A stretch of DNA of 63,839 nt, counting the filler, from Octopus bimaculoides (taxonomy: Eukaryota): NCBI RefSeq assembly GCF_001194135.2. It is 5 parts of 5 records of this genome, joined end to end, with 100 filler letters (N's around TTAATTAATTAA, not from the genome) between each part and the next. Parts side by side here need not be neighbours in the genome. Positions count along the whole stretch, not along the records: positions 30,035 to 60,084 come from NC_068989.1; 4 more parts are not named here. The stretch is one strand, 5' to 3'. Both the position numbers and the translations under genes were made by a program. Of the stretch, positions 38,694-51,849 are shown piece after piece. The notes beneath the pieces were generated by a model. The model saw only the letters and a program-made list of their open reading frames with translations. It did not search any database and was not told the origin of the DNA. How positions within the stretch are numbered: the stretch's first letter is position 1; the number at the start of each line of letters is the position of its first letter.

Positions 38694-39033
38694 TTAATAT
38701 AACACCAGTATATTAATTTTGCACACTTTCCTGAATGTAATAATCTATTCTTACCAATATAAATGAGTAATTCTTCTTTTTCGACAGTGTGTAATTTAGA
38801 AAGTTTGAACCGTTGTAATTACATCTATCAGCGCTAATTTTTCACACCTGCTGGTGTACAATGTCGTACAGCTACTTATTGCGGTGTTTTCCCATGTTTT
38901 CTATGCTTCTACTTCCCCAGGAAATATTTGATTAATTTTCAAACATTCTTCAAAGGCAATATCACCTTTTTGGATGGAACGTTCAACTTTCTGATAACTA
39001 ATTCATTTTTTACAAGAACTGGCCCGCATACAC

Positions 39034-39082
39034 GGATCGTTGATCTAGGAGTATGATTCTCGCTTTGGGAACGAAATGTCCC
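39034..39082 (+). pseudogene. tRNA-Pro(TGG) 5' fragment
   Basis: GGATCGTTGATCTAGGAGTATGATTCTCGCTTTGGGAACGAAATGTCCC matches the canonical eukaryotic tRNA-Pro-TGG 5' 49 nt at about 42 positions by manual alignment; T-arm and 3' acceptor strand are absent. Confidence 0.8.
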
Positions 39083-39113
39083 ATTCGAGGTCGAATACTT
39101 ATTCCTTACTGTA

Positions 39114-39187
39114 TAGCTCGTGGTACAATGGATAACGCGCCTAGACTACGAATCAGGAGATTCCAGGTTCGATTCCTAGTGAACTCG
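39114..39187 (+). pseudogene. Full-length tRNA-Arg(ACG)-derived sequence (pseudogene or SINE head)
   Basis: TGGTACAATGGATAACGCG (A box), CT-ACG-AA loop (ACG at 39148-39150), GGTTCGATTCC (B box); 1-nt insertion in the anticodon stem and mismatches in the acceptor stem. Confidence 0.82.
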
Positions 39188-40014
39188 AATTGTTTAATGG
39201 TTAATAATGGTACCCCAGCGTAGCCACAGCTTCTGGCTGAAACTAATGTTTGTATAATAAAATGCAGTCACGTGAACAAATTAACTCACTGCATTGAATA
39301 CAAATGCAAATTGAGTAATAAGAGAAAAAAAAATTTAAACACTAAAATCAACAGCAACTGTGAATCTAAAATTCAACGGCTTGTAAGGTCCTGCTTTTCA
39401 TTCATATTTTTATTAAAATATGGAATCTTCTGGATGACTGCGATCCACTAGGCTGCCTGTATATTCAGATGATTCCTACATTTTGTCTTAGTTGATGAAA
39501 GATAACTCATTCCAGATTCACGCAAGGTTGTGGCTCCAAATGAAATGAGAGTATCGTTCTTGATTTTAATTTCTTAAGATTTACGTGTACATATCTAGAA
39601 CGGTAACGGTCTTTATGTACTTAATAGAATGGAGCTGTTTTTAAGAGTGAGTAAATGATTTTAGTTATATATTTTGTCGCACCAACTGAAATTACATTTT
39701 GCACCCCTTAGGAAACCCTGTCTAAGATATTCTTTCATCATCACATCAACGAGTACAGTGAGGTCTTGTTTTGCCGATGAAGTTTAACAATACCAAATTA
39801 TGGCCAAAGTCGCCTCCCTTACTTGCCAAAATGTTTAAGATCATAAATACTTATATAAAATTATTCGTTCAATGAATTTTCACTTTTCGTCACTGAAAAT
39901 TTACTTTTTTAATAAATTTTTTAATGTCCATTACATTAAATATGTTAAACTAACAAATATTTATTTCGTTAATCTATTGATGATGTCGGGTTCAGTCAAT
40001 TAAATCGTAGCACT

Positions 40015-40430
40015 CCTACTTAAATCAACTGTTGGTACTTTTTTTTATCGAACCGGAGGAATAAAACATAAGGTTGGCCTCGGCGGAATTTGAACACAAA
40101 ATATAAAAGGTTAGAAAAAAAGCAACGCAAGATATTTTATCAGACGAACTTAGGATTCCGACTTTTTAATGCCTCTGTGTTGTGTTCTTGAGCAAGACAC
40201 TTTATTTCACGTTGCTCCAGTTCCCTCAGCTGTAGAAATGAGTTGCGATGTCACTGGCACCAAGCTGTATCGGCTTTTTGCCTTTCCTTTGGACAACATT
40301 GATGGCAGAGAGATCGGAAACTAGTATGCATGGGTGACTGCTAGTCTTCCAATAAACAACCTTGCCTCGGAGGGTAAGTCTTTCTGTACAATCCCATGGC
40401 CATTCATGACCGAAGTGGGGTGGGTCTGAA
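40015..40430. mobile_element. SINE family B fragment (-) followed by a SINE body with a GTTCTTGAGCAAGACACTT core (+)
   Basis: ATCGAACCGGAGGAATAAAACATAAGGTTGGCCTCGGCGGAATTTGAAC; CTTGAGCAAGACACTT resembles the conserved metazoan SINE central domains (V/Meta/CORE type). Confidence 0.6.
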
Positions 40431-41405
40431 AAATTAATCATCATGTCTCGATTCAGTTCATTAACACACCACATACCTAAAACAAAATCGAGCTTCGTCC
40501 CAAATTAAATGATGTTAATATTATATCCACATATGACTAACATTTCGTCAGCAAATTTCTTGTAGAAGACATAATATCTAGAACTTACGGGGAACATCTA
40601 AGCAATAATAATTGGTGTGTGTAATAGCATTATCAGAATTAAGCACCGAAACACTATTTAACGCATTTCAAATGAATTTAGTTATGTATAGACTAGAAAC
40701 GTTTATGATCTTTTCATTATATTCATACCAACGTTTCTATGTGGCTATCAACCTTAATAGTTTCACAGAGAGAACGCTTCCTCCAATATATCGATTTATT
40801 ACTAAATATGTATATATATATACAGCCAGTCGTGGATTTCCAGATATAACTAACACTTAATTCATAAACTCTGAGGTTTACCTGGGGCAATACAACAGCA
40901 GCAGTAACAACAACGACGACGAAGACGACAATGACGATTACAATAGCCCCGAAGCTATGATAAACAAGTTCAACACAGGCGAAATTTGAAGATATCGTGT
41001 AGAATTACCAAACTAATGTTGTCTAATATTTATACCGGCGGGTATCGTTTCTTCTCACCTACCATTCCTTGATCCAACAAGATTTTGATTTATGACGATC
41101 AGTCATAAAGAAAACGATATTTTAGGAGAAAAATATAGTCTATTGTGCTACTGACAAATAAAATAAATCTTTAAAATTCTATAAATACAAAGTTATATTT
41201 CCAGTCTCTTTAACCCAAGCAAATTACAAAATCCTCTATTTATATAAAATGATAATAAATATTATTGTCATTAATAGCACTAACACGCTAACTTAGAGAC
41301 TGCGGAATGATTTAGATGTTCCACTCCCAACTCCCAAATCTATTCATTTAAATTATTACACACCTCCGGGTGGTTTTCTCTTACACACACACGCGCGCAC
41401 ACACA

Positions 41406-41461
<56 letters not shown>

Positions 41462-41936
41462 TATCGATGAAATAAGTAACAGTTGANNNNNNNNNNNNNN
41501 NNNNNNNNNNNNNNNNNNNNNNNNNNNNNNNNNNNNNNNNNNNNNNNNNNNNNNNNNNNNNNNNNNNNNNNNNNNNNNNNNNNNNNNNNNNNNNNNNNNN
41601 NNNNNNNNNNNNNNNNNNNNNNNNNNNNNNNNNNNNNNNNNNNNNNNNNNNNNNNNNNNNNNNNNNNNNNNNNNNNNNNNNNNNNNNNNNNNNNNNNNNN
41701 NNNNNNNNNNNNNNNNNNNNNNNNNNNNNNNNNNNNNNNNNNNNNNNNNNNNNNNNNNNNNNNNNNNNNNNNNNNNNNNNNNNNNNNNNNNNNNNNNNNN
41801 NNNNNNNNNNNNNNNNNNNNNNNNNNNNNNNNNNNNNNNNNNNNNNNNNNNNNNNNNNNNNNNNNNNNNNNNNNNNNNNNNNNNNNNNNNNNNNNNNNNN
41901 NNNNNNNNNNNNNNNNNNNNNNNNNNNNNNNNNNNN

Positions 41937-41983
<47 letters not shown>

Positions 41984-43649
41984 CAGAGAAACGTATAAAC
42001 ATCGGCGAGAAAATTCGACTCAAGTCCCATGAGATATTTCTTCCGCATCAAGTCGCAAACACTTCGTCATTAATATCACCGTCGTAAACACACCAACCCA
42101 GTGATTGGTCTGTTGGAAACTCGTATCCAGTCACGGCTTTATTCTTACTTTGTGATATAAAATACACCGCCTCTGGCTCTCCCCCAGTTCCTCTCCTATT
42201 GATTTTTCTCAAGTCCCATTGCTATTTGTTTCATAAAGAAGGGTTTTCCAATTGATCGAACTGGTTTCATTATATTACTACAGATTATTCTTAGTTTTCA
42301 AAATATTGATTTCTTATAACTACATATGATGTTACACTTTTTTTTTCGTCTTGTAAATCAAAATTTAAATGTGATTTTCATCCTTTTCAGTGATGTGTAG
42401 GAAGTGAATTTTTCTTTTTGTTTGTTTTTGTCTTGTTTTTGCTTTGTTTTTCGGGGAGAAGGGTTTGTCTTTATTTGCTTTTTTCATAGTTTAGTCAAAC
42501 GAAGAAGTGAGGAAAGGCAATGCCTAAGAAATTTTTCATGGCCTCCTCATGTGCTGTGAGGAAGTGAGAAATTTATCTGCAAACAAGAGACATGGCTTGA
42601 ATGTATGTAAGAGGACGGATTTCGTTAAAGGCACACTAATGTCATGTTAGAGGGCGACGGATTAAGTCTAGCACGCAGTTAACAGAACTAGTTTTCCATA
42701 TGAGCTTCAAAACAATTTCCATAGATCGGAGGTTGCAGGAGTAGACACTTGCTGAGTGTTTCTTGCACTAGAATCGAACTCAGTATCACCTGGTTCCGAA
42801 AGAAATTTCTTAATCAAGGTTCTAGTTCATCAGGGAAGTGGAAACAGCGTGGCCTTTAATTTATCTCATTCTACGATGTTTGTAATTTATTACCTAATAT
42901 ATCTTTGTAACATTGACACAAAGTCACTAGTTTTTCATGAAAATATAATCGATAACACCTAAAGAACGAAATGAAAAGCTAACTTCCACGGGATTAGAAA
43001 CTGGAATGTAAAAATTTGTAATCAAATATTACAACGCATTCGTTTGACGCGTTAACGACTCTGGTTTCACTTTTATATTTCATTCGTTTCAGTTACTGAA
43101 CGTCACCATGCTAGAACAGTGCTAAACGACCGCTTTAAACTGCGGTGGTGAATCTTTTTCAACGAAGCATGGCAAAATTTAAATATCTTCAATAATCCTG
43201 TTATTTAAGTGTCACTTATCAGTAGTTTATTTTTAGGTAAAGGCAAATAAACAATACCGTACCTCTTCATTTTCAATACGTTTTGGGAGATTCGAACGTG
43301 AATATCTGATCACTGTTGTTTTAAGCCATTGAAACACATTTCACCCTTTTAGATAATGTATGTATAAACATATGCGAATCATTGAGACAGGACAGTGCTT
43401 CGATCTTATCGTGAGCCTAATACGTGATAGCTACCCTCCGAACAAGACTCTAACAAGAGTACTGGCCCTTCTTTTATAAAAATTAGCAAATAAAACATTT
43501 ACAGATGCGTACTGATGTCTACCAAAGCAGCATGAATACAAAGAACAACGTATCTATTCATTCCGAATATGTTCTAGCTGAATCGAACGCGAATGTGTTG
43601 ATCGCTCTTGTTTTTCGTCGTTGGAGTCGTCTTCTTCCTTTAGACGTCA

Positions 43650-43684
43650 TTGTGTGACGTTTCGCGGTTCTGTACGCACTTCAG
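43650..43684 (-). ncRNA. Decayed minimal hammerhead-like motif
   Basis: Minus strand CTGAAGT-GCG..CGC-GAAACGTC; A9 altered and stem I unpaired. Confidence 0.4.
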
Positions 43685-43792
43685 GAATTATTATCAGTTT
43701 AGCAGACATCAACATGCATCAACAAATAACTTGTTTGCTAATTTATATAAACAACAGCCAGTATACATGTTAGTTCGTTGGCCTGCGAGTAG

Positions 43793-43843
43793 TTTTAACC
43801 GAAGAGAAGTACAGTAAGACCGAAACACCGTGGTGTCTTAGAG
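43793..43843 (+). ncRNA. Decayed type I hammerhead-like motif
   Basis: Stem I TTTTAA/TTAGAG, core CCGAAGA (U4C), eroded stem II, GAA, stem III ACAC-cgtg-GTGT, GUC triplet. Confidence 0.5.
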
Positions 43844-44833
43844 TCCCCTAGCATCAACGAATTACCTATGTTATGAACACACATCGTCTAAAGACGATAT
43901 ATTGTTTGGATTCTCAACTGTTCTACATGTCCCCCATCCAAATAAACATTTTTTATAATCTAGTCTCACTGGAAGAAAGTTTTCTTTTCAAAGCCCATCA
44001 CGTGTCACAAAAAAACTTGAAGCATGTCACAGATGACAGGCATAGCAAAGATTTGCCATAACTGGTCTAAATGAACCAGCATCAATGAGTTTCAAACTGG
44101 ATGCCATAGATTCGGTTTCCCAAAACATGTCGCTTGCTCTATACAAACTGCTACAATTCTAGATTCTTTCTTTCTTTAATGCCAAGAATAAAAATTGATA
44201 AATAAATATTTTTAATTGAAGATCTTGCACTCACTTTCCGTTTGACAATGATGGAAATTACGATTCTGAATTATCTAAATTTAATAAATGAAGTTAACAC
44301 AGAAAGATAGTTAAATCCCTTTTTGCTATAAGATTATCACAAACTATGGTAATCACAAAGACACGCATGATATAATTTTCAGTTGAAGTTAATCGAATGT
44401 AAAATTCGATTTCTTCTGGCAACAGAGCAAGATACTTGTGGAATTGTAGAATTAAGAAATCAGATAAACCATTATTCTGTTATAGTGCCTGTATTACTAT
44501 AATGCAGCTTTCTTTATTCCTATATACATATCACTCACCATCACCTTACTGATGGCTTTCTGATCCCTTCTTTCACACCCCACTCTTGCGGCCTTTTGTT
44601 CTTACACTTTCTCTTCCCTCTTCCTCTCTCTCCCCCCCTCTCTCTCTCTCTCTCATGCACACACACATATAATTTATCTATCTATCTATCTATCAATCTG
44701 TCTATCTATCTCTATTCGCCGTTTCTTTATCTAATTTTACTTATAACTATTATCTCTTCTTATTTCACTACTTTCTCCTTCCCCCTTTCTTCTGTCCCTT
44801 CTTTCTCATACTTCATCTATCCATCACCATATA

Positions 44834-44891
<58 letters not shown>

Positions 44892-45706
44892 NNNNNNNNN
44901 NNNNNNNNNNNNNNNNNNNNNNNNNNNNNNNNNNNNNNNNNNNNNNNNNNNNNNNNNNNNNNNNNNNNNNNNNNNNNNNNNNNNNNNNNNNNNNNNNNNN
45001 NNNNNNNNNNNNNNNNNNNNNNNNNNNNNNNNNNNNNNNNNNNNNNNNNNNNNNNNNNNNNNNNNNNNNNNNNNNNNNNNNNNNNNNNNNNNNNNNNNNN
45101 NNNNNNNNNNNNNNNNNNNNNNNNNNNNNNNNNNNNNNNNNNNNNNNNNNNNNNNNNNNNNNNNNNNNNNNNNNNNNNNNNNNNNNNNNNNNNNNNNNNN
45201 NNNNNNNNNNNNNNNNNNNNNNNNNNNNNNNNNNNNNNNNNNNNNNNNNNNNNNNNNNNNNNNNNNNNNNNNNNNNNNNNNNNNNNNNNNNNNNNNNNNN
45301 NNNNNNNNNNNNNNNNNNNNNNNNNNNNNNNNNNNNNNNNNNNNNNNNNNNNNNNNNNNNNNNNNNNNNNNNNNNNNNNNNNNNNNNNNNNNNNNNNNNN
45401 NNNNNNNNNNNNNNNNNNNNNNNNNNNNNNNNNNNNNNNNNNNNNNNNNNNNNNNNNNNNNNNNNNNNNNNNNNNNNNNNNNNNNNNNNNNNNNNNNNNN
45501 NNNNNNNNNNNNNNNNNNNNNNNNNNNNNNNNNNNNNNNNNNNNNNNNNNNNNNNNNNNNNNNNNNNNNNNNNNNNNNNNNNNNNNNNNNNNNNNNNNNN
45601 NNNNNNNNNNNNNNNNNNNNNNNNNNNNNNNNNNNNNNNNNNNNNNNNNNNNNNNNNNNNNNNNNNNNNNNNNNNNNNNNNNNNNNNNNNNNNNNNNNNN
45701 NNNNNN

Positions 45707-45769
<63 letters not shown>

Positions 45770-46394
45770 GAGATAGGATTTAACCGAAAGCAAAAGGTTA
45801 AAAGTGTTCTTGTATGTAAGGAGATCGCGATGAACAATGAAAATGAAAGAAAACAAGATGAAGGCAATAAGAGCGGGAATTGGAGACGACCATTTCTAAC
45901 GAAAAATTGCTATACACCATTGCGAGAGGTGTAGACACAGAGAGTGGGAAGGAAGTGGTGCATATTTGAAAAACAAATACCAGGTTTTATCACTTGTGTG
46001 AGTTACGAGATAACATATGGCGTCTAATTCAGAAATAAAAAACAGATTAAGTCATTTTTAATTACTTGAAATGATTAGAAGATATAAAATAGAAAAATGG
46101 GAAAGAATACTAAAACTACTAGTTAAAAATAGAATGAAAATAATGTTTAAAAATAACCGGTGATTATGACTAAACGGAGATTAAGAATGGGAGGAGTGAA
46201 ATGTGTGTTGAATATGAAATAAAAATAAGATTTATTACGAAAGGAAAATAATACGGGAAGCTGTAGCGAAACACAGATTCTGGAAAAAGAAAGTCTTTAT
46301 GGTTTGTTGCTGTAACAAAGAGGGAAAACAAGCAGATGATGAATTAATAACAAGATGAATTAATTACTCATTTATTGATTTGAGATGCTTATGT

Positions 46395-46565
46395 TTTGTG
46401 TCTGTGTTTGTCATCCAAACTTCATAGCACAATTAGTGTTGGTTTGTTTACGTCCCACTAACTTAGCAGTTCGGCAAAATAGACCAATAGGATAAGTAGT
46501 AGATTTAACCCAAACAAAAACTCTTCGAGGTGATGCACTCACATGGCCGCTGTCTAATGGATGAA
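46395..46565 (+). mobile_element. Diverged SINE family A tail
   Basis: GTTTACGTCCCACTAACTTAGCAGTTCGGCAAAATAGACC..ATAAGTA. Confidence 0.75.
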
Positions 46566-46688
46566 ACAATTCAAACCAACGTTGTCTTCTCTCTTACATG
46601 CTAAATTTGATTCCTCTTATGCCCAACTTTTCTCTCAATATATTTGCACTTTGTTGCACATGCGCACTGATGTTGCACATCCAACAGA

Positions 46689-46729
<41 letters not shown>

Positions 46730-46800
46730 GGGTAGGAAAATTAGAAAATTTTTCTACCAGTGGCTAGCATTCATAAAATAGTCAATAAACATATTATTCA

Positions 46801-47305
46801 TATAAAATTAGTGTACATTTATACACAAAAGAGGTGACCCTAACAGGAGACCTTACATGCTAAAAGGAACGGTCAAAGTNNNNNNNNNNAGAGGTGACCC
46901 TAACAGGAGACCTTACATGCTAAAAGGAACGGTCAAAGTTCAAACCACGGTTAAGAGTGATTTCGAAGGGGATGAAAAATAAAAACATTTCCAATAGTTA
47001 CCACTTGTACCTAGGTTTCGAATATTAATGAACAAATAAGATAATTTGTTATCTGTGTTCTTCATCAGCAAGGGCGCAAAAATTAACGTATAATTATGAG
47101 ACAAATAGACAGCACATGCCCCATATTTATACATTATAATTTTACAAATCCACCACGCAAGCGCTGTTATAGCCGGCAGCGAATAAAAATATATGCACCA
47201 ACTTTCTTCAAAATTACGAAAATCACATTAAGAAAATCATATTCAGCATGTAAGGTGCTCTGTTAGGGTCACCTCTTTTGTGTATAAATGTACGCAAATT
47301 TTATA
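46801..47305. mobile_element. MITE with about 61-bp TIRs in a TA context
   Basis: TATAAAATTAGTGTACATTTATACACAAAAGAGGTGACCCTAACAGGAGACCTTACATGCT at 46801, with its near-perfect reverse complement at 47245-47305. Confidence 0.85.
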
Positions 47306-47309
47306 TATA

Positions 47310-48281
47310 TTACGGAGATGTACTTGCATAGCAAGTGACCTGATCTGAGATCGTGTGCTGGAACGAAAACAATTGCAGCGTGGAAGGTGTTTATAAGCCA
47401 TTTAAAATAACACACAAGAATCGTTAGATTCACTTCAACATTTAAATTTAATTTGTCAAAATATTTTCGTCGCTTTGAGACCGCGACCNNNNNNNNNNNN
47501 NNNNNNNNNNNNNNNNNNNNNNNNNNNNNNNNNNNNNNNNNNNNNNNNNNNNNNNNNNNNNNNNNNNNNNNNNNNNNNNNNNNNNNNNNNNNNNNNNNNN
47601 NNNNNNNNNNNNNNNNNNNNNNNNNNNNNNNNNNNNNNNNNNNNNNNNNNNNNNNNNNNNNNNNNNNNNNNNNNNNNNNNNNNNNNNNNNNNNNNNNNNN
47701 NNNNNNNNNNNNNNNNNNNNNNNNNNNNNNNNNNNNNNNNNNNNNNNNNNNNNNNNNNNNNNNNNNNNNNNNNNNNNNNNNNNNNNNNNNNNNNNNNNNN
47801 NNNNNNNNNNNNNNNNNNNNNNNNNNNNNNNNNNNNNNNNNNNNNNNNNNNNNNNNNNNNNNNNNNNNNNNNNNNNNNNNNNNNNNNNNNNNNNNNNNNN
47901 NNNNNNNNNNNNNNNNNNNNNNNNNNNNNNNNNNNNNNNNNNNNNNNNNNNNNNNNNNNNNNNNNNNNNNNNNNNNNNNNNNNNNNNNNNNNNNNNNNNN
48001 NNNNNNNNNNNNNNNNNNNNNNNNNNNNNNNNNNNNNNNNNNNNNNNNNNNNNNNNNNNNNNNNNNNNNNNNNNNNNNNNNNNNNNNNNNNNNNNNNNNN
48101 NNNNNNNNNNNNNNNNNNNNNNNNNNNNNNNNNNNNNNNNNNNNGGGGATGAATCTGTGTTCGTGCGCGTGCGCGCGTTTGTATCTATAAATTTTTTTCG
48201 ATTCAATTTACCCATTTTCTGTCCCATCTTGATTTTTAAAAATTTTATTCTTGAAACCGACATATCACGAACAACGAAAAC

Positions 48282-48285
<4 letters not shown>
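47310..48285 (-). mobile_element. (TA)n-embedded element with a half hammerhead motif at the gap edge (Penelope-like element associated?)
   Basis: (TA)n on both sides; terminal segment shared with 12711-12765; minus strand GTCGC-loop-GCGAC-GAA-AATATT-T-TGACAAA at 47452-47488; the centre is an N gap. Confidence 0.45.
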
Positions 48286-48326
<41 letters not shown>

Positions 48327-48717
48327 GTTACTAACTTCAATTCATTACTGGAGATATGTTAATGATTTGGACCTTTTGTGAATTGCTAATTAGGCTTGTC
48401 GCAACTCTAAAAGCAAATATGTTGTCAAACAGTGATAGAAGAGATCTGAGCACATGACAAATTAGATCAATACATATATATAATACATACAAGTATTGAT
48501 TTCTAGCGTAAGCCCATATCTAAGTGGGGTGAGTGTAGTTGATCATAGCGTCGCAGTCCATTGCTACAGTTCTTTTTGTTGTACAAATACAAATTTACAA
48601 ATACAAATACAAATTTACTCATAAACATGCTGCGTTTGATATACAGACATACAGATACAACACACACACCTACGCACACGTACACACACACACACACACA
48701 CACAAACGCACACATAT

Positions 48718-49010
48718 AAGGATTTGGTCGGCCCGAGGCTATAGTAGAAGACACTTGCCTAAGATGTCACGCAGTGAGTCTGAAACCGGAACCATGTGGT
48801 TGGGAATGTTTGTGTGTCTGTGTTTGTTCCCCAACATCGCTTGACAACCGATACTAGTGTGTTTATGCCTCCGTCATCTAGCGATTCGGCCTGCGAGACC
48901 AATAGAATAAGTACTAGGCTTACAAAGAATAAGTCCTGAGGTCGATTTGCTCGACTAAAGGCGGTGCTCCAGTATGGCCGTAGTCAAATGACTGAAACAA
49001 AAGAATAAAA
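48718..49010. mobile_element. Chimeric SINE family A: 3' part of head plus core on minus (48718-48806) abutting a tail on plus (48807-49010)
   Basis: Minus strand TTCCCAACCACATGGTTCCGG...GTGTCTTCTACTATAGCCTCGGGCCGACC; plus strand the full family A tail. Confidence 0.85.
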
Positions 49011-49046
<36 letters not shown>

Positions 49047-51272
49047 GCACACGCACACATCCACATATATATATATATACGCGCGCACACACACATATAT
49101 ATATATTATGTAAGTATGTGTGTGTGTGTGTGTGTGTGCGTGTGTGTGTGCGTATGTATGTATGTATATGTTTATATATATAGTTTTTTATTGCTCTACT
49201 TTTGATGTAGTTCTTTTAATTAGCCGGCACGTCAGATTTAACCCAACATTTCAAGCCAAGACATTTCAGCTCCATCTGCACCAATGTCCCCTTACTCTTC
49301 TAAAATGGCAGAGTGTAATTTGAACGATATCTGACTGCTATTCATAGCAATTCGAAAGACCAAGTAAACACTCTTCATTGGTTCAGATAATGATATCTGT
49401 GTTTGCTTTTAAAATATATATGTGTGTGTGTGTTGTAGTGAAAGGAAACTCGAAGGTACTTTTTTTACGTTCTTGACGATCCTTTCATTTCGTCAGAGTT
49501 TGCCTAACCGGATGTCATGATAAGAAGAAAGAACATTTTGAATCACATAAAAGTCACGTCTTAATTGAATTTAGCTGAACTTTCTAAGTGAGTGCACAGG
49601 GTGTTTATCTCTGTTCCTTTTTTATGGGAAAGGAATGAACAATTTGGTGTTATGTCGGAAACGAAATTACGATTTTTATGCTCACATTCACATCTCTCTC
49701 CGTCTCTCAGCCTCTCTCTCCCTCTCCCTCCCTCTCTCTATCTCTCTCTCTTCCAGCAGCCAACAATCTCCACTTCTNNNNNNNNNNNNNNNNNNNNNNN
49801 NNNNNNNNNNNNNNNNNNNNNNNNNNNNNNNNNNNNNNNNNNNNNNNNNNNNNNNNNNNNNNNNNNNNNNNNNNNNNNNNNNNNNNNNNNNNNNNNNNNN
49901 NNNNNNNNNNNNNNNNNNNNNNNNNNNNNNNNNNNNNNNNNNNNNNNNNNNNNNNNNNNNNNNNNNNNNNNNNNNNNNNNNNNNNNNNNNNNNNNNNNNN
50001 NNNNNNNNNNNNNNNNNNNNNNNNNNNNNNNNNNNNNNNNNNNNNNNNNNNNNNNNNNNNNNNNNNNNNNNNNNNNNNNNNNNNNNNNNNNNNNNNNNNN
50101 NNNNNNNNNNNNNNNNNNNNNNNNNNNNNNNNNNNNNNNNNNNNNNNNNNNNNNNNNNNNNNNNNNNNNNNNNNNNNNNNNNNNNNNNNNNNNNNNNNNN
50201 NNNNNNNNNNNNNNNNNNNNNNNNNNNNNNNNNNNNNNNNNNNNNNNNNNNNNNNNNNNNNNNNNNNNNNNNNNNNNNNNNNNNNNNNGAAGAAGAAGAA
50301 GAAGAAGGAGGAGGAGGGGGAGGAGGAGGAGGAGGAGGAGGAGGTCGAGGAGGAGTGAAAATAAAATTCCTAATTCCGTGTCCTACATAATACCAAGTGG
50401 TTCATAGAGAAAAGTAATTATTATTTGCTACATCTCTATCAACAAGCATATTGAGTGGTCTTCTATCTCTGATGAAAAGCAAGCAAGATTTAAAACCAGT
50501 TGGACATTTCCATTGTCTTCTGACCATGGACAGAAAGAGAAAAGAGGAAAGAGAAAACACTTTTGTTTACATCTGTCGATACAAAACCACATTGCAAATA
50601 TGGCTGGTGTTTTTTGTTTTTGTTTTTTTCTTTCTTATATTTTTGAGGAAGCTCTGTAAATGTCAAACGTCTGAGACGCATGCTAGAAACAGAATGAATG
50701 TAAAAATTAAATATGTCATTCCAATAGAGTACTCTGCTGAAAACTACAATCATGTGGATGCATAAGAGGGTTTACAGTGTGATAGGAAGATTTCTATCGT
50801 ATACACCTTCATCAGTACTTTGATCATAATAATAAAAATGTATGTAGAATCCTATTTAGATATATATTTAACTATTGATTTAATTATTTAGTTAGTTATA
50901 CATTTGTATATTTTAGAAAAGAGAGAATTTAATTATACCGTTCGTCTCATCCAGATCTAATATATCAGTAACATAGGATTTACAAAAATAATTGAAAGTT
51001 TCAAAGGTTGTCATGCAGAAGCATATATACAAAAAATCCATACATATGTACTTGTGTGTTTGTGTGTGTGCGTGTCTGTGTCTGTGTATACATGCACACA
51101 AACACGCATATACACACTGATACACACACACAGACAGCAGTGAGACTTCGTTGGAAAATGATCTACAGTGTGACCGTTCAACTTCAACAAGTCTGAAGAG
51201 AAAATTCCAGAAATGTATATAAATGTATTCGTTTACACATGCAAACACGCATATAGCTATACTTACGAATAT

Positions 51273-51332
<60 letters not shown>

Positions 51333-51575
51333 NNNNNNNNNNNNNNNNNNNNNNNNNNNNNNNNNNNNNNNNNNNNNNNNNNNNNNNNNNNNNNNNNNNN
51401 NNNNNNNNNNNNNNNNNNNNNNNNNNNNNNNNNNNNNNNNNNNNNNNNTCGTTAAAGTCAATAAATATGTTCTCCACTCAAAAGCGTTGTTAATCCTTCG
51501 ATTTAATGGTAAATTGTTTTTATATATAACGTGACTTACAAAGATTTTGATGGATAGATAGATAGATAGAAAGAG

Positions 51576-51642
<67 letters not shown>

Positions 51643-51849
51643 AGAGAACGAAAGTGAGAGACAATGTGTGTGTGAGAGAGGAGAGAAAGAGAGATAGAGA
51701 ATTTTGGTTATAGGAAAGTTCAATATCCTACAGTGGAAATGATTAGTAATATCACAACTAACAACTTCGAAGACTTGCACCGCCATTCGGCCAGGTTCGT
51801 CAACTATTTCAAGCTAATTTAATTCTCTCATTTCCCAAAAAACACCTTC

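Noticed and set aside
38868-39060. Open frame after an ACAG that could be the next exon
   Set aside because: Weak acceptor, no donor, no transmembrane or claudin-like pattern; it runs into the tRNA fragment.
42795-42840. Minus-strand CTGATGA...GAAA motif
   Set aside because: No stem II and a mismatched stem III.
46830-46939. 50-bp direct repeat around a 10-N gap
   Set aside because: Exact duplication across a minimal gap indicates an unmerged contig overlap.
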